DNA from: Phoronis australis
Lineage: Eukaryota; Animalia; Phoronida
Reading direction: 5' to 3'
Assembly: GCA_002633005.1 (NCBI GenBank)
Contig: NMRA01000729.1
Span: 1 to 64,000, forward strand
Length of the DNA stretch: 64,000 nucleotides
This document shows positions 1 to 11,880 of this stretch, one piece after another (positions within the stretch are counted from its first letter, which is position 1; every line of letters begins with the position of its first letter). The position numbers were made by a program, and so were the translations under genes. The notes below the pieces were generated by a model that was given only the letters and a program-made list of their open reading frames with translations, was not told the DNA's origin and searched no databases.

Positions 1-636
1 ACTACATTTTAGGCTGGGTGCGCGCATGTGGCGAAATTATGGTTATTTTTGTGCACTGCTTCCCCCCTAACTCAAAATCGTGGATCCGCCCCTGTGCACC
101 ATGAAAAACGTCCGTCAGCGAGTGGAGGTCACTGTACAAAAATGCTAAGCAATATGTTGGATATATTTTTGTTAGATGATGATGATTTTCTTGATTGCAG
201 TCTAACACTATAGGGGTAATATTCGGTGAATTATTACATTCTAGCTTACGGTATATCATCATCACTGTTTTTTTTTCTATTTTTATCGTTACTATTACCG
301 TACAAACTAAGGATCAGCGCTAAGTAATCACGGTACTTCAAATAGAATATCTGTGCTTTCCGTTTCCTTTTTGGCCCAAGGTTTGAATGCTGCATTGTAA
401 CGACCTCAAGGTGTGACAACCAAATTTTTGTTGTTATTTCAAACTCGCACCTGGAGTTCCAGTGCGATATTGGTCCGGAATGTAACTCATTTCCGCTCCG
501 GAAACATTGTTGGACGTCTTCAATTACTTTGGACGATCGAGAAGGGGTTTTCTATATCTGTCTGTTTCGACAAAATACTGTGTATCGTAGCTTTGGTCAT
601 ATATGCGCAAAATTAACATAAAATTGAATTCTTCAG

Positions 637-808
637 GTATGATTTGATGACAATGTGCTGGAGAGAGGTACCTCACAAGCGACCATCATTTAACGTCCTC
701 GCCCCCATGTTGGAAGACATGTTGACTCTGAGGAAGACGTTTATCTCAGTGAAGTGTGGTGACGATTTCATGTACGAAGTCATTGATTCAGGGAAAGACG
801 ACTGTTGA
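637..808 (+). CDS. Terminal coding exon of a Tie/TEK-family receptor tyrosine kinase (rest of gene lies upstream of the window)
   Basis: After the acceptor ttcttcag, the phase-2 exon reads YDLMTMCWREVPHKRPSFNVLAPMLEDMLTLRKTFISVKCGDDFMYEVIDSGKDDC*. This is kinase subdomain XI (CW...RPSF) plus a tail colinear with Tie2 as I recall it (YDLMRQCWREKPYERPSF...[23 protein letters not shown]). Below the ORF-track length cutoff. Confidence 0.85.
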
Positions 809-1480
809 ACTTTTATACCACAAAACAATATACTACATGTATGTGCATAGCTTACGTATTATTGGCTTTTTTGGTTTGTTTTCAGAGCCTTGAGCTCGGA
901 ATGTATGGAACATTTTTATGTATGGGTAATTTAACGCGAACGTAGCTTGAGAAACTAGGCAATGGACACGCGTGTTTGTGGTTTATCACTGATTTTCGTT
1001 TCATTTTTTCAGCAGTAATGTTTATGGCTTCTACGTTCGTTTCTTGAAATGACACTAAACCATGTTAGACAATTTTAGCCAAGACTGACTCTGTCACCTG
1101 TCCGTGTGATCACTTGCAGTGTCACAGTTTGGCCCATTTGACCAGAGGAAGACAGTCTACCACCACAAATTTGCTCTATTGTAAAGACTGGAGTAATTTA
1201 AAACTGTTTAAAAGATTTGCGATCTCTTCGCAGTCAACATTTTTTTCACAGGTCATTTTGAATTGATAGGGAAACCTTCATAAAAGTGTGTTTGTGTTTT
1301 ACGTAACCGAATTCATTTCAGCTATAACAATGACGAACGGCGATTCCATGTGATAATGCATTTTTTCAATGCGAATGCCTTTTTTATGTCCTTTTAATCT
1401 TATGAACAATGGGGGAATCCATTTTATCACCATTGTTTTCTTTCTGGAGAATAGGTTGGTCATTGGTCTCCAGAGGTATT

Positions 1481-3581
1481 GCAGTATAAGATAATCACTT
1501 ACTTGGAGACGATGTAGATTGGGCGCAGTCGTTTCAACCTGGTCCGCCAGGTCTTTATCAATGTGTGAGGAGTTTTACGCCTTTCGCTGATTACGAAAGT
1601 TCCAATACACGGGAGGTAAGCGGAGACCTCGGTCCCGGTTCAAGAGAGGGCGCTGAGTGTTGGTATTTATGGATTCTTAAAGGAGAATGCCACCTAATTT
1701 AATTAGTCTTTTTTACCGTCTTAATCGGTCTATATCCACATTGCCTTGCGTATGGTCGACCATACCTTGCCGAGAGGTGTCGCGTTAACCTGTGAGGAAG
1801 GTGAGAAACGACGCAGCGACGTCATTTATTCATTTGCAGAGTGAATGCCGCTATGTTGCGGTGCATCGGTTCCCGCTTGTCCGAACTATGCAGCTGCGAG
1901 GAAAACAGGTATATCGTTTTTTTTCGACTTCCTCGAGAGTCCGAAATGCTTAGGAAGTGGCTCGCGGTAGTGAAGAGTGAAAAGTACGCTGTAAATAGCA
2001 AGCATGAGGCCGTGAAACATCTCGGTGTCTGCGGCCGGCAGTCGTCGACAGTGAGTCTGACGAATGCCGGCTTACCAAATAACTATCCTTACGTTCCGTT
2101 GTCTGAGCTTGTTCACGGCGCCTCTAGTATTTCTTCATCATTGTATTCCGGTTCGAACTGATAGCCTGTGAAACTTAACGATCCACCTGCGAAGTCTTCA
2201 TCGGATGAGCTCTCGTCTAAGTTCGGATTGCGAGTTGCCATGTTTACGTTTATTACTGAGAGTTCTTTTTCAAAATGAATTATTCTCACCCTAACAAATA
2301 CTTATATAAATCTGAAACAAAGTCTGTCTCATTAGATGCAATTTGCAATGCCTTTGGAGTGTTTGTTAGTGCAAATGATTTCAGAAGCCAGTAATGAATA
2401 AATCACTGCGTTACCGGCTTTAGGTGCAACAAAACTAAGTGACCGGACACCGAGGCCGTGTGATCACATGCTAATTCAGTGTTGGCTGACAGAAACTTTT
2501 GTGAAACAATAACTCGATTTTCTATCCCACGGTCAGGTGTGAGGAGAATCTTTATTTACATTTACATTATTCAAATAATGACTTTCAATGTGCAACTTCT
2601 GCCCTGACGGTTCTGTGGCCAAAGGGGAACCTAAATTCACGGGCCCCCGACAAGTAAGTAGATTTGCAGTTTCGTGGCTAATTTACCAACATAACCACGT
2701 GCACATTACTTCTTTGGCTCACTAGTATAGTATTTTCTTGACAGGAACTTTAGTTTCTAACTTTGACTGGTTTTTGTTAGTGATGTCTTTAGCCCGGCGC
2801 AACGGGCCTGATCGGGTTCCGAGCTAGTGGCCGGGATAACGAGTAAGTCCTGCCGCAACGGGCCTGATCTGGTTCCGAGCCACTGGCCGGGATAACAAGC
2901 GTTTTGTGTGTTTAGAACTAAAAATCACAAGTAAACTCCACAGATCTAGGTTCTCTTGTCTGTATTTCACGGAAAAATACTTCGAATTTATCTCCGAACA
3001 GACCCCAAACTCCTGCTACGGACCTATGTAAATTGGCATGCCGAACTGTTCGTAGGCTACGGTGTGTCCAGATACCAATAAATCCGTAACAGCGAAATAA
3101 AACAACACGTTTTTATCAGAACTTGGTGTATTTTTAAGGGTTTTACATCGAAGTTTGATAATTCATTGGTGTTAAACGGTGAACTCAAGCAATAAGCTGA
3201 CACCGCGTGTGACCTACTGAATAGACTGCGTGTGAAACCAATGACGTCATTGGATAATTTCAACACCTCCGTCTGCCGTCAGGTGTCAGGTAACGCAACC
3301 AAACGTGCCGTTATATGAGTGGAACTACTCGATCTAAATTGATACAAAATACATAGGTTGTTTTTGGATGGCATGCTCCTTTAAGGCCTCAGCCAAAGAA
3401 CAGAATTGGTATGCTCGCAAGTTAAAAGAATCCATAAATATCAGCATTCAGCGACCTCTCTTGAACCGGGACCGAGGTCTCAACTTACCTCCCGTGTATT
3501 CGAACATTCTTAATCAGCGATAAAGACCTGGCGGACCAGGTTGAAATGTCTGCGTTAAAGTAAGTGGTTATCTTATACTGC
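1481..3581. mobile_element. Penelope-like retroelement 3' end arranged as an inverted pair (arms ~1481-1678 and ~3385-3581), interrupted by a Kolobok element
   Basis: The right arm translates AKEQNWYARKLKESINISIQRPLLNRDRGLNLPPVYSNILNQR*, the typical PLE GIY-YIG C-terminus. The left arm is its reverse complement. Both arms carry a hammerhead-like motif. Confidence 0.7.
1681..3380 (+). mobile_element. Non-autonomous Kolobok-type DNA transposon, copy 1
   Basis: TTAA on both sides (1677-1680, 3381-3384); TIR AGGAGAATGCCACC / GGATGGCATGCTCCT; decayed THAP ([19 protein letters not shown]...VCGR) and an antisense KolX-like start (MATRNPNLDESSSDEDF...GYQFEPEY). Colinear with copies 2 and 3. Confidence 0.85.
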
Positions 3582-4191
3582 ATTGTTTTAATTATTTAGC
3601 TCTTTTTCATGCGTCATTGCTATTCAGTACATAAAATATACGCCTTTATTGACAATGTAATTTTCTTAAATGCACAATTATTTTCGTTATCTCTAAAACG
3701 TGGTTGAAATATTTGTCATGAGGAAATCAGTAATTAAAATGTCCACGTAGTTGGCTCATTGGTACCAGGAGACGGAGAGGGTTGATCTGCTCTTACTTAA
3801 CCACCTCTTACGATTGTCAGACTTTGTTAAAACAACTAACAAATTTTACTTGAAACAACGAGATATTTTCTGATTCTTCGATGAATGGAAACACAAGAAC
3901 TTAAGCCTCATTCGTAATCATGTGACCGCAATCTTCGGGAGGAAATTGCTATTTTTATTTTCATCATGAAATTACAGGCGACTCAGTTTTTGAAGTAAAC
4001 ATTTTACAGTTTTTATGCTCAGAATCTCTGAGACAACGGAAATGACAATCATGAAAATAATTTCTTTAAATTTTGTCACATTTTGGTCGTTTGAAGGTAA
4101 AGAATTGCGACGTTATACATGACCTTGATATAAATGAAAGTTCAAAAAGATAGAAGGTTTTAAGACGTCCAGTTAAGGTGTCGGAATATAT

Positions 4192-4452
4192 AAAAACTTA
4201 AGTCGGATACTGGAATTTGCTAACTTGAGTTACTGAAGTTGCGTCCGTCTATCACGAGCTTCAGCTTGGCCAGTGGTGCTACTATCGTTTTGGCCAATAG
4301 GTAGCTATTTAAGCAGACGATACAGGTCTGACCTCGATGCCAAGTCTTCCAATTAAAACGCCACCTATTGACCAGAATGATAGTAACACCACAAGCCAAG
4401 CTGAAGTCGTCGCTAATTCACTTAAGTAGATTCCAGAATTCGGCTAAGTTTT
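4192..4452. mobile_element. Palindromic MITE-like element
   Basis: Imperfect inverted arms: aaaacttaagtcgga..ctggaat..cttcagcttggc..gtggtgctactatc..tggccaataggt versus acctattgacca..gatagtaacaccac..gccaagctgaag..attccag..ggctaagttttt. Confidence 0.55.
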
Positions 4453-5790
4453 TACTTTGTATTTTGATTTTAAAAAGAATTTGAAAGATCGGACATTGAA
4501 CCACCTGATATATCCATTAAGGTTTTTAGCATGTACTGTAGGTCTAGAAAAAGCCCTCTTAACAACTGGCAGGTGAACAAATAACGCACTTTATAACGAA
4601 TTTCAGTCTGTATTTGTGACTATTGCAATTTCGAAAACATGAAAGTCCACGAAAGTTGACAATGTTACTTCACGGATGTTGTTACTAGGCAACAACGCCA
4701 CATGCTGGAAAAAGACTGTTAAAGGGGCATTTCGCCGGTGTTTAGCTGTCAACGAGGGATCATCACAGCGGCTATTAACTCTACTTCCGTTCAGAAAGCC
4801 AACTTTTATTTAAGGCCACTTCGCATTTGAATGTTGGTCTCTTCTTTTCCCTTACTCGGGTGAAAGGGATTTCTGGATTTCCATAGAACTCGTCTGATGG
4901 TTCGTCATTACTTGAGACTATACTCGCCTCATAGAATGGCAACCCAACTGACTGCAGTGGAACAATGACGAACTGTCAGATCTTTCGAAGCCATGCAATG
5001 GCCACAAATTTGATTAAGAAACAATTTGAGGCCTATTTTATAACGGTAAGTGCTCTAAACTTTGATGTTTTAGTCAGTGTGAGGATTAATTCGCGGTAAA
5101 GCATCCAAAGTCGGTACTGAGCCAGCTAGAGACGGTGATCACAGTCAAGTGAAAAACCAGCCAATTTCGTGTCATCATAATGTATATAATATTTGGTCAC
5201 ATACACCAACTAAATACAGCGACACGACGTGTTAGTCAGTCATTTCACCAACCACCATCATTGTTACTAACAACAGGAAGTAAAGATAGATATGTAATAT
5301 ATGCATGACAAACGCCTTTTAAGTATGACTTAAGTAAGAATCCTGATCAGAAGGAAAGTATTAGAAAACTTACGTACAACATTAAAATTAAATCAAAATA
5401 TAAATTAAAGCCAAGCTAACTAGCTAATCTATTATCTATTTTAGATCAATTGCCTAATGGGGATGAATGAGGGCGGAGGTTATAAATACAAATAAAGAAT
5501 AAATTTGCTCCATGAACTCATATTTTTGAGAGTAACGCAATCCCATGGTTCTTAAGTACGCCAGCGTAAACCCCGCATTCATGAATTTTGCCCACGTGCA
5601 TCATAGATATCCATGTAGTCCCCGAAATACGTAACATAAAACGTGTAAATATAGAGAATTCTCGCGAATTCGAAAGGTCAAGCAAATGTCACATGTGTCT
5701 TTTCTGTCTCAGAATTGCGCAACCCGTATCGCTTGAAGAGTGATGGGAGATGTCCAGCGGAGACCTGTCTTCGCTGTTGGTATATTTTCA

Positions 5791-8700
5791 CTACGAAAAG
5801 TTGGCATTAGTATCAACAGACTGTATGAATCTCTCTGCCATGTGGTACAGCGAGCTGTATTGGGCCTGAAAAAATAAATAATTATTTTAATACACATGTA
5901 GAGTAGAACACTGACCAGAGACAGGCCTCTCAATCTTTTAACCCACGAGCTTAAAGAATCTGCTGGTCTGCAAATCCTCTCCAGTTTACATACTACACTT
6001 TTACAACTTAAAAATAAACTAATCACGACCGTGGGGAACAGGGCGTGCGAATGCCACAGCCAGACCGTCCAAAGTATTTTTAATTTCATGGGATTTACTT
6101 GTTATTAAGCCTATACTTCTTTAAAATTCAAAAGCTCACCACGTTAACAATGAACTGCCACCGGGAAGATCTGGTCTTCTTCACAGTCTGGAACACGTCC
6201 ACGCCCTTTTCAACTTTGATCTTCTCAAACAAGTTGGCAAGGGCACACAGATATCCGCTACGTGCACAACCGTCCCTTCAAAGAAGCGGTGAAAACGGTA
6301 AAAATCAGGGGCAAGTTCTGCAGTTCCAAGACACAGACGTATGAAACCGCATGGCGGTATTTTACGATGACTTGCGCGGTCTCACTTTTCACGATATACA
6401 AGAGTCCACGGTTTCGAGTTGAGCATGCGTAGCGCGAGCACACTGGCATGGGAAGAAACTACATGTAGGTAGAGTGAACATGTTTTACACTTTTGAAGGT
6501 TTCTCTAAAAATAGTTCATAAGAAACCTTTGATAAGAAATCGATGCCACCAGCAGGTAAATATTGTTGGTTTGTTTGCATACAGAAGCTTATAGATTATT
6601 TGTGACATTAGTTTTTATCCGAATCTCGGCACTGATGGACTATTAATACAGTGCTAATTGGTGACATTTATAATTTACAATTATATTTGCATGATGATTT
6701 CAATTTAAAACATTTAAAGATTTGTAGCATAAATACGGATCCCGGGGTGGACTTCTTGAAAACGGGGGCAACCTTTCAAATATACCGATTTTTACCCAAA
6801 ACATTGGCATCTCTTTAGGCAAACTACGGCGTAGCAGAAGGGATGAGGGAAAATAGTTTGTAGCCATGTGCGGAATGGCATTGTTACGAACTTTGACAAT
6901 AGAAATCTTTCGAAAAGTTTTATTTTTTAAATGTCCTCATTACTCTCCCGTCCACCGATATAGATAACTTACATGTACGAGAATTGCTTTGTTTGATATG
7001 CTTAATGATATATTCAAGATGGTATACGAAATCGTGGACTCGTGTATTAACTGTCTTCATGGAATGCAGACCGAGGTCTAGAATCTAGATTCATACTCGA
7101 AACTTCAGCAATCACACGCACGACCAGGCTACTAATCTGCAAAATTACTCGAAGGTGCCGCACAACTGGTCAATTTTCGTGTCCAGTACCGGATACAGAG
7201 TTTAGACTACCACATTAACCTTTCTGGTAAGCGTTTTACTTGTAATTAATGCAATGACTCTGATGTAAGGTATCAACATTACTCACAAACATTGCACTAC
7301 GACAGCATGCTCTCCAGTTTGGTGTCGAGCCGATTCCACAATCTCAAGAAGCTCGATAAGTGCACTTTGTACACCCGCTGGTGGTACAGCCAGTTTGTTT
7401 GACCAACCTCTCACTTCAAAATGTTTGATTGTCCGACCTCTGTCGTTTGGCTGAAAGCAAAGACTCATTTGAAATAGACCTTCGGCAAGAAGGGGTGCGA
7501 TTTTTTAAATCTTCCCTCGACGTCATGGTGCTCTCGGACACCTTGTTAGACGTTATGTAACGAAATGACAATATTGTTCCATTTTATCTATTCGGAGGGG
7601 GAACCCGGAGAGAGTCTATTTTAGTTCGTTTTATCATCGTATTTCTTATATTTATTCCTATTATTTTACGTAACTACGATGGTCTGTGGAAAAGCCTTGG
7701 TTTATGTTTTCACTTCATTGTGTAACAATTATATAAAAAATTACCTTACTCTTTCACATCCCATTCTATTCTATTATATTCTAAATTGTTTACGGTTGTG
7801 AAATAATTGTCAGGAAAAACAAGTAAACCAGCATATTGATACTGTACACAGTATTTAGAAATTAATTTGACATCGAAATAGATTCGGAGACTCACAGTCT
7901 CATCTTTAAAAATCATGCGCACACCCATCCTAAAAAGGGAAGTTGTAATTTTTTCTAGAATTTGGACCTTTTTACTAAAAAAAACGGCTACGTTCAGAGG
8001 TATGAGTTGTGCAACTACCTTTTTGTGGACGTTTGTCTCGTTTTCTATTGTTTCGGACTCTTTGTGTGTCTGAGGCTGACCTTTTCGCTCACTTCGCGAA
8101 ATGAGGGGTCATTTGAGTACCCCGAGCCCCCGTGGGCGCACGCTTGAAAATAACACTGTTCTTGTGTTGTCTTGGGGTCACCTTGACTAATTTCCTGGTT
8201 AAACAACTGGCATACAGTATTCACCGAAGTCCTACGAATAGTTTTGGAGAGATAATGGTTTACATAGTGCAAACTAATAGAACAGTCAGAATCCACAACG
8301 TGTATGCATAAAGGCTGGGCTCTCACCAAGATAGGCTTTATCTCATCGTGAAATCACTACGAAAATAAAATGGTAGGTACAAATGCATGTTAAAAGTAAA
8401 TTCCAGTCCAGTCAACGTGCTATGAGCTCTGTACTCGATAACGAATTTCATTTTTAACATTTTCCACTCTTCTTTTAAGAAAAGTACAGGAGTGTATTAT
8501 GATTCACGTGGATGACTGTCTGATTCCAGGGCCCGGTCTCCAATCTTTTTACTCGAAATGGAACTCGAAATTAGGTTTGGCATTTTCTACTATACTTTTG
8601 GGCGAACTCAAGATAAGTGTCGATTATTCTATGCTCGAGTACACAATAACTTACGTAGATAATTTATTGCCCTTGGTTCACAGTTTGTAAACCCAATATT

Positions 8701-11700
8701 AAAGCAACAATTTCGAGTTTGAACTCGAAATTTCAAGTTTTTACTCGAGTTTGTAGCACGAATATAAGAGTCTTCAAGGGCAAACTTGAACTAGAAACTC
8801 CTATGCATGAACTGTAGTGTATTCGAGCACAGTCTGATAACCAATTATCTTAAGTTCGCACAAAAGGAGCAGAGAAATTGCCAAAAATAGTTTCGAGTTC
8901 GTTTCGAGTACAAAGATTAGAGACCGGGCCCAGATTGTTTTTTATCACAGCAGAAATAAAGGTACATGAGTATGAATTTGAAATTGATGTCCATTTTTAC
9001 TCGGTACTTCATTATTTATTGTGTTTTGTGGCTGGACTAAACAATCATATGTGTGAACCGTGACACACTAAGCCACAGAATAATAAACACTTAACCTGAG
9101 ATCGTTTCAGGGAAGTACGGTTTAAGTCAATCACAATTTCGATTTGCAGTTAGGAAATTACATGTAGACCCCAGAACGAGAATTTTGTGACGACCAATGT
9201 AGCAGTTGCAAAGAACGTAAGACTAAAAATACAAGCGTGATAAGAGTGCATAATGACTTTCTGTCACTCGACACTTACGGTTCCTGTTAGGCAAGGAGAA
9301 TTTAGGGAAATTAGAGCTCTTTCAATACTGTCCTCGCCATGTCAGATGACCACACACTCTTCACAATGCCTTTGTATGTGTACGTGAATAATCGACGCTG
9401 ACGCCTAAGCCCGAGATGACGCAAGACATGGGCACAGCTGTAGTGACATACCTTTTTCATAGTGTCAGTCAAAGTGAAAGTTCGCTGCTTAATGACGTCA
9501 TTGTGGTGACATCTGGAACCAACGAATTTAATCTCATAACGCTCGAAAAGCATCGTTCCTTCATCTGGCCAGTATTGAGGGGATATCTGAAGTAAGGAAA
9601 TATGAAAAGTAAACTTAGACAGGTGATCTTTTCGTAGGGACTTACTACAGGAATGGTTTTGTTTCCAGTTATGCCTTGGTTACATAAAGCTTACAATGTC
9701 TATTAAATGAGGTTGCCGCAGAAAAATGGTCATATTGGATGACCGTCGGGCGACCATCGGTAGCGCCAACTAAAACGGCATCACCAAAACCCCAATCACT
9801 TCTGCTTATCCCATAATTGTCCGCTCGTGCTAAGACTCGGACTTCGATCGATATGTGGCCAGTAATAAGGAGGCTTACAAATGACTTTTTGCAGCTTTTT
9901 TGGAATAAAGAAAATATTAGAAATTGATAATTTAATCGACAACGTTAAGGTAACATCAAGTACTATGCTCTTTGCAGAGGGCGTGTAAAATCAGCAGCCA
10001 TCAACGAATCTCACATGATCTTTTCCTTTGGCATCGTTCAACATGACGATCACGTGACATTCGTGATCGTGAATCATCCTCCAGAAATCACAAACGGTGT
10101 TGGGTAACGGACTTTGTGTTACGATGAAGGCATCGCGTTGATTATATCCCTGAAACGATAGCAAACGGAAATATTGTAGAACTGCTTCTGATTACTATAT
10201 GCGAACGTTAAAAAGTTCTAATATTCTGGTATCAATATTTATTTTGGTGAAGAAAGCAACGTATTCCTTAATCAGACACGAAGCGAGAGTTTGCAAAGAA
10301 TTGACAGCTCCAATCACCACTCGTTGACCCAGGATCGGCGCAAAACATGATACGCCGTGACAAACCAACTTGTGGAGACTGAACTCAAGCAACAGTCAGT
10401 TCTGTGCAATACCTAATTGATTAATTTCATTAAGTCACACTTTCACCACAGAATGTGATCAAATGTTAGTTTTGTGACGGACAGGTGTATTTATATCATC
10501 TTTCAATCAACGTATGAAAAACAGAAGAACAGTCTCCATTATATTCACCACCGAGAAACAATGGCGGTCAGTACTCATCTGTGCTAGCCCTGTTTGTGAA
10601 ATTTCTGACTTTCTGGTTGCTGTATTGTCTAAGACACATTTCCGGAGAAACATGGGGAAATTTTCTTTCGTGTTCAGGACTCTTAACTTGCCCAAACGTC
10701 TACCACAGCTTAAGGCAGCATCCCACCCCGCTAAATAAATTCTTTCCTGATGGCGAGCAGACTGGCTGCGACTACTTAGTTAAACAGACCATTGAATTAC
10801 TTGTCGGGAGTCACATCAATGGAATAGGTGTTCCCTTAATGTAAGACTATTTATTAGTGCACGTATTTCATGCACTTTCATGCGATTATAAGTTGTTTTA
10901 CCTGAATAATTTATACGTGCAATCAGGAAGTCATAACTATGGGTACGACTTCCTCGTGCAATGAATATCTGTAGCCCATATATTACACAGCCAGTTGTAT
11001 TTCTGGTAAGCAGTGTAATCTGTATAGACTCAGAGATACGGCTCTTATAATGCTGAAACAAGTCTGAAAAACGTTCAACTGGGGCAAGTCAAAGTCAAGG
11101 TTCGCGGATTTTTACCACAAGCTAGATGCCAGTTATTTAGTGTAGGATACTGGTTCTAAACATCAGAGATCCCTGCAAGTGACTATAACGAATGTAATTT
11201 GTTGTCACGTGTCCAAATGGCACAAGTTGGACGAAAAAGAAACGAGTCTACTGACATAAGTGAAAGTAAGCATTTTAGTTATAAAGCAGCCAGTGCATTT
11301 CAAATAGAGACGGTTAACACTGACGTAACGACATCCAACACTGACACAGTACTTACATTGACACCGTACTTACGTACTTACATTGACACGGTACTTACAT
11401 TGGCACGGTACTTACATTGACGCAGTACTCACATTGACACGGTACTTACATTGACACGGTACTTACATTGACACGGTACTTACATTGACACTTTACTCAC
11501 ATTGACACGGTCTTTACATTGACACGGTCTTTACATTGACACAGTACTTACATTGACAAATACAGCATTAATATAATCATTTCCGACTTTTTCTGCCGCA
11601 GTCACTAAATACGGTCTTGACCTCCCAACTGAAATGATATTCAATATACATACGTGAGAATTTGTATCCCAAGTAAGAACGAAAGCATCGATTCCACACA

Positions 11701-11880
11701 AACGAAGTCGGTGAATTTGTCAAGTTGTTGATTAGTTTGGTACAATGCCTATTTTAGATATCCAACATCAAAGTACTCACGCGGAAGAATATTTTGGTCT
11801 CTGTTCTTAGGAACGTTTGCTTTTAACCGTCCTGCGGCGTATTCTTCATCGTCACCGGCATGACACAAACGGTTTACTGT
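5791..11880 (-). CDS. RPTP membrane-distal D2 (pseudo)phosphatase domain exons
   Basis: Spliced motifs [46 protein letters not shown] (in place of WPD), [20 protein letters not shown], ending [24 protein letters not shown]. Confidence 0.9.

Noticed and set aside
3057-3266. Similar 69-72 aa ORFs at 3057-3266 and 43213-43431
   Set aside because: The similarity only reflects Kolobok subterminal sequence; no recognisable domain.
8093-8142. Possible cassette exon in a D2 intron (minus strand, AG...GTGAG)
   Set aside because: 50 nt would frameshift between two phase-0-compatible exons, and it has no PTP similarity.
11341-11558. Repeat array as a possible CRISPR
   Set aside because: Head-to-tail 17-bp units with no unique spacers, no cas genes, and a eukaryotic intron context.
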